Position numbers and translations under genes: made by a program. A DNA stretch of 60,924 nt from Bacteroidales bacterium. Its GTDB lineage: Bacteria > Bacteroidota > Bacteroidia > Bacteroidales > UBA7960. Shown here piece after piece: positions 17,873-26,559 of the stretch. Every line of letters begins with the position of its first letter. The stretch's first letter is position 1. Location of the stretch: NCBI GenBank assembly GCA_041690235.1, contig JAWLHS010000002.1, positions 1-60,924 on the forward strand, written 5' to 3'. The notes below the pieces were generated by a model. The model ran no database searches. It was not told the origin of the DNA and was given only the letters and a program-made list of their open reading frames with translations.

Positions 17873-19534
17873 TCAATGATTCTCCGGGGTGGATTGCTGG
17901 CTGAAATAATCATTCATCACCTGACGGAAATCCTGCATTGACATATCATAACGGGGTGTTAGGCTGTGTTTTCCCGGGAAATTTTCCATGTGCAGGGTCT
18001 GAGTCGGGAAGGCAAAACGAATGCCGAGCTTTTCGGCCAGGCGAACGATCTCAATCAGTACCTCATGCCTGGCCTTCAACTCTTCGGGCCAGGTCGGAAC
18101 GGCAAAAAAGATGTAGAACATCACCTTCAGCGAAAAATCGCCCATCTCGTTAAACTCAACAATATAGAAATCCTTGCGGGTTCTTGGGTGCCTTTCGACA
18201 ATTTTCCTGAGGCCCTCAACGAATACTTCGATCAGATCCGGCGGTGTGTCGTAAGTGATGGCAATATGCATGAAAAACCGGCGGTATTTTCTCAGTCCGT
18301 GGTTGTCGATGGTGGAATCGGCCAGCTTTCCATTGGGCACATAGGTGAGGGAGTTGCGGAAGGTCCGGATCCGGGTGGATCGGAACCCGACTTCTTCAAC
18401 GGTCCCATCCAAATCGCCGCTGGTTATCCAGTGGCCAACCGAAAAAGGCTTGTCAATAAAAATCATCAGGGAACCGAAAAAGTTTTTCAGCGTATCCTGG
18501 GCCGCCAGGGCAAGGGCCAGTCCCCCAATTGAAATTCCCGCCAGTAAAGCCGTGATGTTGATATCCAGATTCTGAAGAATGAAGAGTCCGCCGACAATCA
18601 CCACAAAGACCCGAAGTACTTTCCTGATGATCGGGATCACATGGTTGTCCAGGCTCGAATCTCCCTTTCCGGCAAGGCTTTCCAGGTAAAGAGAGAACAC
18701 ATCCACCAGTTTGTAAAACACCACAGTGGCAAAAAAAGGCAGGATGGCCCGGAAACCATAGTTGATATACCGGGCCGCTTCAACCGGCAACTGAAGTACC
18801 GGAAACACCACCATGATGAAAACAAAAACCACAAAAAGGCTCAGGGGCTTTGCAACAGGCAGCAAATAAGGACGTACGAGCTTTGTATACCCCAGCTGGG
18901 AAGCGCCCCGGTATAGAAGCCGCCTGAATAAAAAGGAAAGCAGCTTGTGAAGTAAAAAGCTCAGGGTGATGACAATTAGAATCCCCAAATGTTGCCAGAG
19001 ATGCAATCCGAAAAACTTATTGGTGCCGGCCCGGGGCAGTATATCCAACAGCGCATCGGTTCCGAAGGGAAACACGTCCTGGTGCAGCTGATTGATCTGC
19101 TCTATACTTGAAAGGCTGTACAGCCATTGTTCTCCTGCGCGCTGTAAATAAATTTCGGGGATGGCGGAAACCGGGATGAACTGATGCCTTCCCGATACAG
19201 AATCGGTATAGGCAGGGTCAACCGGCAAGCTTGTCATGTCAATATAATACCCGCGTCCGTCGAACACCTGCTTTAGCTTGATGGCCGCTTCCACAGCCTC
19301 TTCCTGGCTGACACCGGGCTGCATGAAAGCCCGGGCTGCGACCCCCGGCTCGTAGCTGTCGTCCTGCAGGTAAAACAAGTGGGTGTAAATGGTGGCGTGG
19401 GGACTGTTCAAACGTGCATCCGTGAGGGTGTCGGGGGGTGCAGGGTCCTGTTGTGCAAAAACTTCCGGTGAAAAGGCCAGGGCCATGACAATTGAAGCCA
19501 GGGCAGCGGTTCTGAAAAATAAACTTCTTGCCAT
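17873..19534 (-). CDS. Mechanosensitive ion channel family protein (MscS-like with a large N-terminal periplasmic extension)
   Basis: A signal peptide (ALAFSPEVFAQQ), several TM segments, and the MscS pore/beta-domain motif FIDKPFSVGHWITSGDLDGTVEEVGFRSTRIRTFRNSLTYVPNGKL. Confidence 0.88.
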   Translation of the reverse strand: MARSLFFRTAALASIVMALAFSPEVFAQQDPAPPDTLTDARLNSPHATIYTHLFYLQDDSYEPGVAARAFMQPGVSQEEAVEAAIKLKQVFDGRGYYIDMTSLPVDPAYTDSVSGRHQFIPVSAIPEIYLQRAGEQWLYSLSSIEQINQLHQDVFPFGTDALLDILPRAGTNKFFGLHLWQHLGILIVITLSFLLHKLLSFLFRRLLYRGASQLGYTKLVRPYLLPVAKPLSLFVVFVFIMVVFPVLQLPVEAARYINYGFRAILPFFATVVFYKLVDVFSLYLESLAGKGDSSLDNHVIPIIRKVLRVFVVIVGGLFILQNLDINITALLAGISIGGLALALAAQDTLKNFFGSLMIFIDKPFSVGHWITSGDLDGTVEEVGFRSTRIRTFRNSLTYVPNGKLADSTIDNHGLRKYRRFFMHIAITYDTPPDLIEVFVEGLRKIVERHPRTRKDFYIVEFNEMGDFSLKVMFYIFFAVPTWPEELKARHEVLIEIVRLAEKLGIRFAFPTQTLHMENFPGKHSLTPRYDMSMQDFRQVMNDYFSQQSTPENH

Positions 19535-19664
19535 GTTGCGGTGGTTTGGGGCTGTGATCCGGGAGACGCAAAGTTAGATATTATGAAAGGCATTAACAAA
19601 CCCGATTTTTGCAACAAATCAGGGCGGATCCACCCATTCATGTGCAAAAAAAATTATCTTTGAA

Positions 19665-22600
19665 ATGTCCAATAAAGCAACCGGCGTGGGAAAAGCGAAG
19701 AAATTTGGTGCCTTTGGAGGGGTGTTTACCCCATCCATCCTAAGTATCCTGGGTGTTATCATGTTCCTTCGTTTGCCCTGGATTGTCGGACAGGCAGGGC
19801 TTTGGTCGACCCTTGGGATCATCCTGGTGGCCCATATTATCTCTCTGAGCACCGGGCTCAGCGTGGCGTCCATTGCTACGGACAAGCGGGTGGGGACAGG
19901 TGGAAGCTATTTTATTATCTCCCGAAGCCTGGGACTTCCGATAGGCGGCACGCTCGGAATCGCCCTTTTTGTTGGGTTGTCTTTCAGTATCAGCCTTTAT
20001 TTGATCGGATTTTCAGAGGCCTTTCTCTCCTTCTTCGGATTCGAGGTCAGCTTATTTGCCATTCGGATCGTTGGCTCCGTTATGTTGTTTTTTTTGGCCA
20101 TCGTAACCTTTATCAGCACTTCCCTGGCCATCAAAACCCAGTACCTGATCATGGCAGCCATGGTCTTGTCGCTCGTTTCGGTATTTTTTGGCAACCACGC
20201 CTTTGTTCCTGAACAACCGCTTTTCTCCCCTATGAGCGGGGCTTTACCATGGATCACCCTATTCGCCATTTTTTTTCCGGCCGTTACCGGTTTTCAGGCG
20301 GGTGTGTCCATGTCGGGCGATTTGAGAGACCCACGAAAACAAATTCCTTTTGGGACGATCTCAGCCATATTGGTTGGGCTTATCATTTATATTGCCCTGT
20401 CGGTCTTTTTTTCATTGACCATTGAGCGTGGATTACTGGTCAATGACACACAGGTATTGTTTACCACTTCCTGGATCCCTCAGCTTGTTATTGCCGGTAT
20501 TCTGGGCGCTACCCTGTCTTCTGCGCTTGGCGGTATTCTTGCCGCCCCTCGAATTTTGCAGGCCTTGTCGATGGATCGAATTCTTCCCGGCTTTTTTGCC
20601 AAAGGTTACGGGGCCTCCAATGAGCCGCGCAATGCCCTTCTGGTGGCTTATGTGATTGCCCAGTCGGGCATTCTGATCGGTGAACTGAATGCCATTGCCC
20701 GGATCGTTTCGATATTTTTCATCATTATATACGGATTCCAAAACATTACTTATACGGTTGAAAGCTGGGCGGGGACCGATTTTCGTCCATCTTTCAAGAT
20801 TCCCCGCATCATCAGTATTATCGGGGCCATTGCATGCATCATCGTGATGATCCAATTGGACGTCATTGCGTTGATCATTGCGTCCGTCGGACTGATCGCC
20901 CTGTTTTTGTTTCTGAAGAAAAAGGAACTGACCCTGCAGACAGGAGATACCTGGAACAGCATATGGACTTCCCTTGTGAAAACCGGATTGGGCCGGCTCA
21001 CAGCCAGCAGCCGCCGGGCAAATAACTGGAGGCCCAATGTCATACTGTTTAGCGGGGGTGAGAAAAGCAGGCCCTACCTGATTGAAATGGGGAAATCCCT
21101 GGTTGGAAAGCTGGGCATTTTTACCAATTTCGAGTTAACGGAGGATCCCGCCACCGAGACCCCCTTTAAAAAAGTGACGGAGCCCGGCATTGGGGTTCAG
21201 GCCGGCAGGCCCGGTTCGTTTACCCGCTATCACGAATGCCGTGACATATATGAAGGGATCAGTGTCATAACGAAAGTATATGGTTTCTCCGGGTTCGAGC
21301 CAAATACCGTATTGATGGGCTGGGCAAGGAACGCCCGCAATCCGGAAAAGTTTAGCGGGATATTGCGGGATTTTAAAAAGCAGGATTTAAACGCCGTATT
21401 TTTGAGTTTTAACAAAACCGCTGGGTTTGGGAAATTCCGGATCATCGATGTTTGGTGGACGGGCAGCGGACGGAACCTGTCCTTTGCCATTACCTTGTTG
21501 CGTTTTCTTACGTCAAGCAAGGAGTGGAGGGCCGCCACCATCCGGGTGCTGAGCATTACCAACGACTCTGCGCAGACAGACCCCCTGTACAGCTTGATTA
21601 ACCAGGTGCTTGACAACCAACGCATGCGGGCCAGGGTCAAGGTCATCCATAACGGGGTGGAGCAGATTCCCGAAGCAGATATCATCCGTGCAGAATCCCG
21701 CCATGCCGACCTTTGCCTTTTGGAACTTCCCGATTTTGGTAAAAAGGATCCGGCAAAATTGATTGAGCGCATCAATGCCCTGACTGCCTCTTTGAACAGC
21801 TGTCTGCTCATTTCGGCCGCCACTTTTTTTGATGAGATCAGCGTCAAGCGAACCAAGCCTTCGAAGGAAACTACTGCCTCACCCATACTGAACAAACCCA
21901 AACCAGGCATCCTGCAACATTTGCGACCTTCTTCCAGGGAGATTATTGCCAATGAAGTCTACAATATTGGAAAGCTTGGGGAGAAGCGGGTTCAGAATTT
22001 TTATGAGGTAAGCTTTGAACAGGTGATGGACAAATACGCCGGGTTCTTTCCCGAACTGGACTTTCTGACCGGGAAAATGTTTGACCATCTGTCCAAAAGT
22101 CTGGATATTAAAAAGCCTGCAGAACGATCCAGGGCCTTGCTGCGGCTGCTGAACGATTTTTCATTTCACTCCCAAAGACATCTGCTGGTTTACAAGGAAC
22201 AAATGGTTCCATATCAAAGAGAATGTCTGGAAAAAGGGATTGGTAACTTGCTGGCCGACCTGAAACGAACCATCGGTGAGGTTCCGGAAAAGATATGGAT
22301 TAAGCGGGCGCGTAGTGAGTTCAGGATTGAGAAGGAAGACCCGTTTGCTTCCAAATGTTATAAGATCCGGAAGATCTTGCTTGCTACGATTACCCGGAAG
22401 GCCGTTCCCCATAAAATCAACCTGCTGCCGGCTGCCAAATACTATGTTTATCACAAGCGGCTTGAGTTATTGAGGTCCATGACGAACGAGATCGTTCTGC
22501 ATTCCTTCCGCCAGGTGGCAGACATCAGGAAAGTGCTGGCACCTGTCCATGAGGCCATCGAAAAGGCCCGTCTGAGATCTGCCGACCAATCCAAGCTTTC

Positions 22601-24836
22601 CGAAACCATCCGGCTGGAAAAGAACAGGTTGAAGGCCAGGGTAAACGTTCTGAGTGATGACGACAGACAATTCAATTACCAGTCCGGACAACGCCTCTAT
22701 GCAACCCTGCTGGAAGACCTCAACAGCCTGACCCTGCACCTGGAAAGCACCAGGGCCAACTTGATCAGCAAGAATTTCAAGGCGTATTTCAAACAAGAGG
22801 AAAAGCTCCTTGAAGAGATCCAGGCTTTTCCCGAAATATGGGAGAGAAACATCATCCTGTTTATCAACAAGGCCCTGCTGGATTTCTCTGTCTTGTCACT
22901 GCAAAGCCGCATTGATTCAAAAATTCAAAAATACCATCTTGATTTTGCCGCCTCGTGCGAAACGTCAATCCTGCAAGTTATCCGGTCTTATAAACAGCTT
23001 TTACTGGACGAGAATATCACGGGCAAGGAGATTGGTCGTCGTTTTGAAAAACTTGATCACTCCCAACTCTCCATTCCTCAGGCCAATGAACACTATGAAG
23101 CATTGTTTGATGAGATCAGGGACTTGCTGAAAGACATGCCGGAGAAATTTGAAATTGGTGGCGATGAGTTCGCAGAGCATGCTGGTTTTGACAGTTTCTC
23201 TGCAGCTGAACCCGTGGCGGTCCATTTCCGTAAAGCACTGTCCTTGTTTGTGGGTGCCGAATTGATTGATCCGGGCATCAGAAAAACCATTGATGTGGAG
23301 CGGCAGTTTCAAAAGAACATTATCGGCCTCAAGGACCTGGTCCGGTTGATGAACTTCAGCCTTACGGCGGAAGAAGGGATTGATGACGACTCCGGCCAAA
23401 AGGAAAAACGGGAGCAACTGAAGGACTTGCTTGGTAAGTTTTCTCAGAAGCTGTCTGAGGAGGAAATCAGGATGAAACAGATTTTGGAAGATCTTGAAAA
23501 GTCTTTTAACGGGTATTTAAGGGCAGCCTTTGAACCGTTGTCCTCGGCAACCATAGGGAAAACCAGCCTTGAGCTAAGGAAACGACGCAAAGGGAGTGAA
23601 GGCAGCCTTGTATTTAAGCGGATCAACCAAAGCCTTCAAAAGGTCACCGACCTTACCCGGCAACAATTTGTGAACCTTCTCTACAGTAAAAGCGAGGGCA
23701 TGATATGGTTCAGACATTTTGAAAAACCAGCCGTCAGTGACCGCTTATCCAACACTGACACCCTCGCATTTGTAGAGGCCATTACACCTTCGGCCACCGT
23801 GTTGAAAGATCTCCCGTTTTATTATTGCACCTTGTTTTCGGGACAGGCAGGCATCGGAGATGATTTTTGGGTGGGAATGAACAGCCAGATTGATGAGGCC
23901 GACCAAGCCATCAACCGGTTTAAAGCCGGACTGCCAGGTGCATTGATCGTTACCGGTGCAAGGAGTTCGGGGAAGTCAAGCCTTTCCAAAATGATGGCAC
24001 GAAAGCACTTTGCGAATGAGAATATTCATCAAATCAGGGCACCGCAAGCTTGTACCGCAGATCTTTCCCTTTTTACCGCCAAACTTCTTGAGGCACTGAA
24101 TGCCCATAACAAATCATTGGATGATGTATTCAGGGCATTGCCGGTCGGAAAAGCAATCATTATTCAGGATCTCGGGCTCTGGTGGGAGCGCCGGCCCGGG
24201 GGGAATGCGGTGATTGAGCTTTTAAAAACCCTGATTGACCGTTATGGACAGAAATGCCTGTTTATCCTGACAGCCAACAGTCACGCCCTGCAACTGATTG
24301 AGTTCTGGAGTCAGTTACAAAGTTATTCCCTGGCCACCATTACCTGTGAACCCTTCGATGCCCGGGACCTCCGAAAGTTGATTCTGCTCCGGCATCATGC
24401 CGGGGGACTCACCATACATTTTAACAAAAAGGAAGAGGAAAAAATGACGGCCTGGGATCATGCCAGGCTGTTCAACCAGTTGTTCGACAACTCGTTTGGG
24501 AATCCCGGTTCGGCCATCACCCTGTGGCTGGCAAGTATTAAAAAGGTTTCCGGGAAAACGATTTATATAGATTCCCTCAATCTCCCTTCAAGGGAGGTTT
24601 TCGACGCACTGAGCAGAGACCAGTGGTTTTATATCCTTCAGTTTGTAATCCACCGGCGATTTACCATCGAAACGCTTTCCAGGAACATTGAACAACCCAG
24701 GGAACTGGCCTATTCCGAAATTCGCGCATTGATGCGCGCAGGAATTTTGATTGAAAAGTTCCAGGGGATTTATGCAATTCAACCTGGGCTGGATCTTTAT
24801 CTGACCGAAAAATTGAAAACCCTGAACCGCTTATGA
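19665..24836 (+). CDS. SLC12/CCC-type cation-chloride cotransporter fused to a long helical region and a C-terminal P-loop AAA+/winged-helix module (1,723 aa)
   Basis: N-terminal FGAFGGVFTPSILSILGVIMFLRLPWIVGQAG and many hydrophobic segments indicate an APC/SLC12 fold. NNWRPNVILFSGG marks an SLC12 C-terminal-domain-like region. Walker A GARSSGKS lies at nt 23955-23978 and Walker B-like AIIIQDLG at nt 24153-24176. It is a single uninterrupted ORF. Confidence 0.8.
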   Translation: MSNKATGVGKAKKFGAFGGVFTPSILSILGVIMFLRLPWIVGQAGLWSTLGIILVAHIISLSTGLSVASIATDKRVGTGGSYFIISRSLGLPIGGTLGIALFVGLSFSISLYLIGFSEAFLSFFGFEVSLFAIRIVGSVMLFFLAIVTFISTSLAIKTQYLIMAAMVLSLVSVFFGNHAFVPEQPLFSPMSGALPWITLFAIFFPAVTGFQAGVSMSGDLRDPRKQIPFGTISAILVGLIIYIALSVFFSLTIERGLLVNDTQVLFTTSWIPQLVIAGILGATLSSALGGILAAPRILQALSMDRILPGFFAKGYGASNEPRNALLVAYVIAQSGILIGELNAIARIVSIFFIIIYGFQNITYTVESWAGTDFRPSFKIPRIISIIGAIACIIVMIQLDVIALIIASVGLIALFLFLKKKELTLQTGDTWNSIWTSLVKTGLGRLTASSRRANNWRPNVILFSGGEKSRPYLIEMGKSLVGKLGIFTNFELTEDPATETPFKKVTEPGIGVQAGRPGSFTRYHECRDIYEGISVITKVYGFSGFEPNTVLMGWARNARNPEKFSGILRDFKKQDLNAVFLSFNKTAGFGKFRIIDVWWTGSGRNLSFAITLLRFLTSSKEWRAATIRVLSITNDSAQTDPLYSLINQVLDNQRMRARVKVIHNGVEQIPEADIIRAESRHADLCLLELPDFGKKDPAKLIERINALTASLNSCLLISAATFFDEISVKRTKPSKETTASPILNKPKPGILQHLRPSSREIIANEVYNIGKLGEKRVQNFYEVSFEQVMDKYAGFFPELDFLTGKMFDHLSKSLDIKKPAERSRALLRLLNDFSFHSQRHLLVYKEQMVPYQRECLEKGIGNLLADLKRTIGEVPEKIWIKRARSEFRIEKEDPFASKCYKIRKILLATITRKAVPHKINLLPAAKYYVYHKRLELLRSMTNEIVLHSFRQVADIRKVLAPVHEAIEKARLRSADQSKLSETIRLEKNRLKARVNVLSDDDRQFNYQSGQRLYATLLEDLNSLTLHLESTRANLISKNFKAYFKQEEKLLEEIQAFPEIWERNIILFINKALLDFSVLSLQSRIDSKIQKYHLDFAASCETSILQVIRSYKQLLLDENITGKEIGRRFEKLDHSQLSIPQANEHYEALFDEIRDLLKDMPEKFEIGGDEFAEHAGFDSFSAAEPVAVHFRKALSLFVGAELIDPGIRKTIDVERQFQKNIIGLKDLVRLMNFSLTAEEGIDDDSGQKEKREQLKDLLGKFSQKLSEEEIRMKQILEDLEKSFNGYLRAAFEPLSSATIGKTSLELRKRRKGSEGSLVFKRINQSLQKVTDLTRQQFVNLLYSKSEGMIWFRHFEKPAVSDRLSNTDTLAFVEAITPSATVLKDLPFYYCTLFSGQAGIGDDFWVGMNSQIDEADQAINRFKAGLPGALIVTGARSSGKSSLSKMMARKHFANENIHQIRAPQACTADLSLFTAKLLEALNAHNKSLDDVFRALPVGKAIIIQDLGLWWERRPGGNAVIELLKTLIDRYGQKCLFILTANSHALQLIEFWSQLQSYSLATITCEPFDARDLRKLILLRHHAGGLTIHFNKKEEEKMTAWDHARLFNQLFDNSFGNPGSAITLWLASIKKVSGKTIYIDSLNLPSREVFDALSRDQWFYILQFVIHRRFTIETLSRNIEQPRELAYSEIRALMRAGILIEKFQGIYAIQPGLDLYLTEKLKTLNRL

Positions 24837-25543
24837 ACATACTGTATTTTGTCCTGACAGGGGTTTTGCTGTTTTTTGTCCTTCAACTGGGAGGCAGGGT
24901 CTTACATGCACTGGCAAGAAAAAATGCATTTAAACCCGCCGTGCTGAAGCTTTTTCCGGTGGTTGAACTGGGTGCCTGGATAGCCTATGCTTTTTGGGGC
25001 GCCCGTGTACTGTTCGGAAATATGCGTTATTACGAGCAAATTATTGCCGGCATGACGGGCCTGTTTGTCTTCGCCATTGCCTGGTACGTTTTTCGTGACT
25101 ACTTTTCTGGCATCATGCTCCGGTCAGAGTTTAAGCTGGAACTGGGCCAGATGATCAAAACCCCCGTGGCAGAGGGCCGGATCGTAACCCTGGGGCAGCG
25201 TTTTATTGAACTTGAAAACGAAAGAGGGGAGAAGACCAGAATTCCTTACGCGCAACTGAGTAATCAGTGGGTTAGCCTGCCATCCGAAGCCGGGAAGAGC
25301 CTCTCGCACCATTTGGTGGTTCCGCTCCCCGGACCGACCGACCCGTCTGTCTTGAAAGGAATGATTAACCAGGCCATGATGGGAATGCCCTGGGTGATCG
25401 GTCCGCCTCCTGTCATCAAAATATCAAAAAACACAGAGGGTCAGACACTCCTTGAGGTGAGCTATGATCTGCTCAAAGAGGAGCATGCCCTGGTGGTCGA
25501 GGAGAAAATCAGGGAACTGATCGGACACCAAAGCCATTCCTGA
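24833..25543 (+). CDS. Small MscS-family mechanosensitive channel-like protein
   Basis: Three N-terminal TM helices are followed by DYFSGIMLRSEFKLELGQMIKTPVAEGRIVTLGQRFIELENERGEKTRIPYAQL, which resembles MscS TM3 plus beta-domain. Its ATG overlaps the stop of the upstream giant gene (ATGA at 24833-24836). Confidence 0.65.
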   Translation: MNILYFVLTGVLLFFVLQLGGRVLHALARKNAFKPAVLKLFPVVELGAWIAYAFWGARVLFGNMRYYEQIIAGMTGLFVFAIAWYVFRDYFSGIMLRSEFKLELGQMIKTPVAEGRIVTLGQRFIELENERGEKTRIPYAQLSNQWVSLPSEAGKSLSHHLVVPLPGPTDPSVLKGMINQAMMGMPWVIGPPPVIKISKNTEGQTLLEVSYDLLKEEHALVVEEKIRELIGHQSHS

Positions 25544-25546
25544 GAC

Positions 25547-26530
25547 TTAGCTTTTCCGGCTTGTTGTAAATTCAATCAGCTGCTCCAGGGAGGTCCTGGC
25601 AGGCAGGTCGGGCATTGCCTTCAACATTTTGAGGGCCTGATCTTTATAACTGATCATTTGTTTGAAGGCGTAATCCACCCCCCCCTTGTTGTACACCAGG
25701 TCGATCAATTGGGCGACCCGTTCCGGATCCAGGTTGTGATTTTTGACGGTATTGATGATGTTTCTTTTCTCTGAGTAGGTTGCCTGATTAATAATGTGTA
25801 TCAGGGGCAGTGTCATTTTCCTTTCCTTAATATCCACACCCGAAGGCTTCCCTTTGGCAGTGTCCCGCTCAAAATCCAGTATGTCGTCCTTAATCTGAAA
25901 GGCAATGCCGGCTTTTTCCCCGATCAGTCGCATTTGTTCTGTTTGTTCGGGCCTGGCATTGGCCGATGCGGCTCCGCATGACAGGCAGGATGCAATCAGG
26001 CTGGCGGTTTTTTTCCGGATGATCTCAAAATAAACCGCTTCACGAATGTCGAGGCTTCTGGCCTTTTCGATTTGCATCAGTTCTCCCTCGCTCATTTCCC
26101 TTACCGAACCGGCTACAATTTTTAACAGGTCAAAGTCTTCGTTTTCCAGCGAAAGCAATAATCCCCTCGACAGAAGGTAATCCCCCACCAGAACCGAAAT
26201 TTTGTTTTTCCACAATGCATTCAGCGAGAAGAAGCCCCTGCGTTCATTGGAGTCATCCACCACATCATCGTGGATGAGTGTGGCGGTATGCAGCAATTCA
26301 ATCAGGGAAGCAGCCCGGTAGGTTCGCTCACTGATCTCACCGAACAATCCGGCAGAAAAAAAAACAAACATCGGCCGGAGTTGCTTGCCCTTGCGCTTTA
26401 CAATATACCTGGTGATGGTGTCCAGCAGGGGCACGCGGCTTTTCATGGAAGACCTGAAGCGCTTTTCGAAAGCCGTCATGTGGTCTTCAATGGGTGCTTT
26501 AATTTCGCTCAGGGATAATTGAGGTTCCAT
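25547..26530 (-). CDS. Polyprenyl diphosphate synthase (octaprenyl/long-chain type)
   Basis: First DDxxD motif LIHDDVVDDSNERRG and second motif FQIKDDILDF. Confidence 0.9.
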   Translation of the reverse strand: MEPQLSLSEIKAPIEDHMTAFEKRFRSSMKSRVPLLDTITRYIVKRKGKQLRPMFVFFSAGLFGEISERTYRAASLIELLHTATLIHDDVVDDSNERRGFFSLNALWKNKISVLVGDYLLSRGLLLSLENEDFDLLKIVAGSVREMSEGELMQIEKARSLDIREAVYFEIIRKKTASLIASCLSCGAASANARPEQTEQMRLIGEKAGIAFQIKDDILDFERDTAKGKPSGVDIKERKMTLPLIHIINQATYSEKRNIINTVKNHNLDPERVAQLIDLVYNKGGVDYAFKQMISYKDQALKMLKAMPDLPARTSLEQLIEFTTSRKS

Positions 26531-26559
26531 TGTTTTGATCCGGTGAGTGACTGGGTCGT

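Noticed and set aside
17589-17904. ORFs 17716..17904 (+) and 17589..17822 (-) encoding repeated peptides (GGMDGADSG / PESAPSM)
   Set aside because: The peptide repeats are simply the translation of the 24-bp tandem DNA repeat. The ORFs overlap the ends of the encapsulin and mscS genes and show no plausible start context.
19655-19662. TATCTTTG, a perfect match to the Bacteroidetes -7 promoter consensus TAnnTTTG, 2 nt upstream of the giant gene's ATG
   Set aside because: A transcription start a few nt downstream of this motif would fall within or after the ATG at 19665, and the next in-frame Met is inside TM1. The motif may be fortuitous or may indicate a leaderless mRNA. This cannot be decided from sequence alone.
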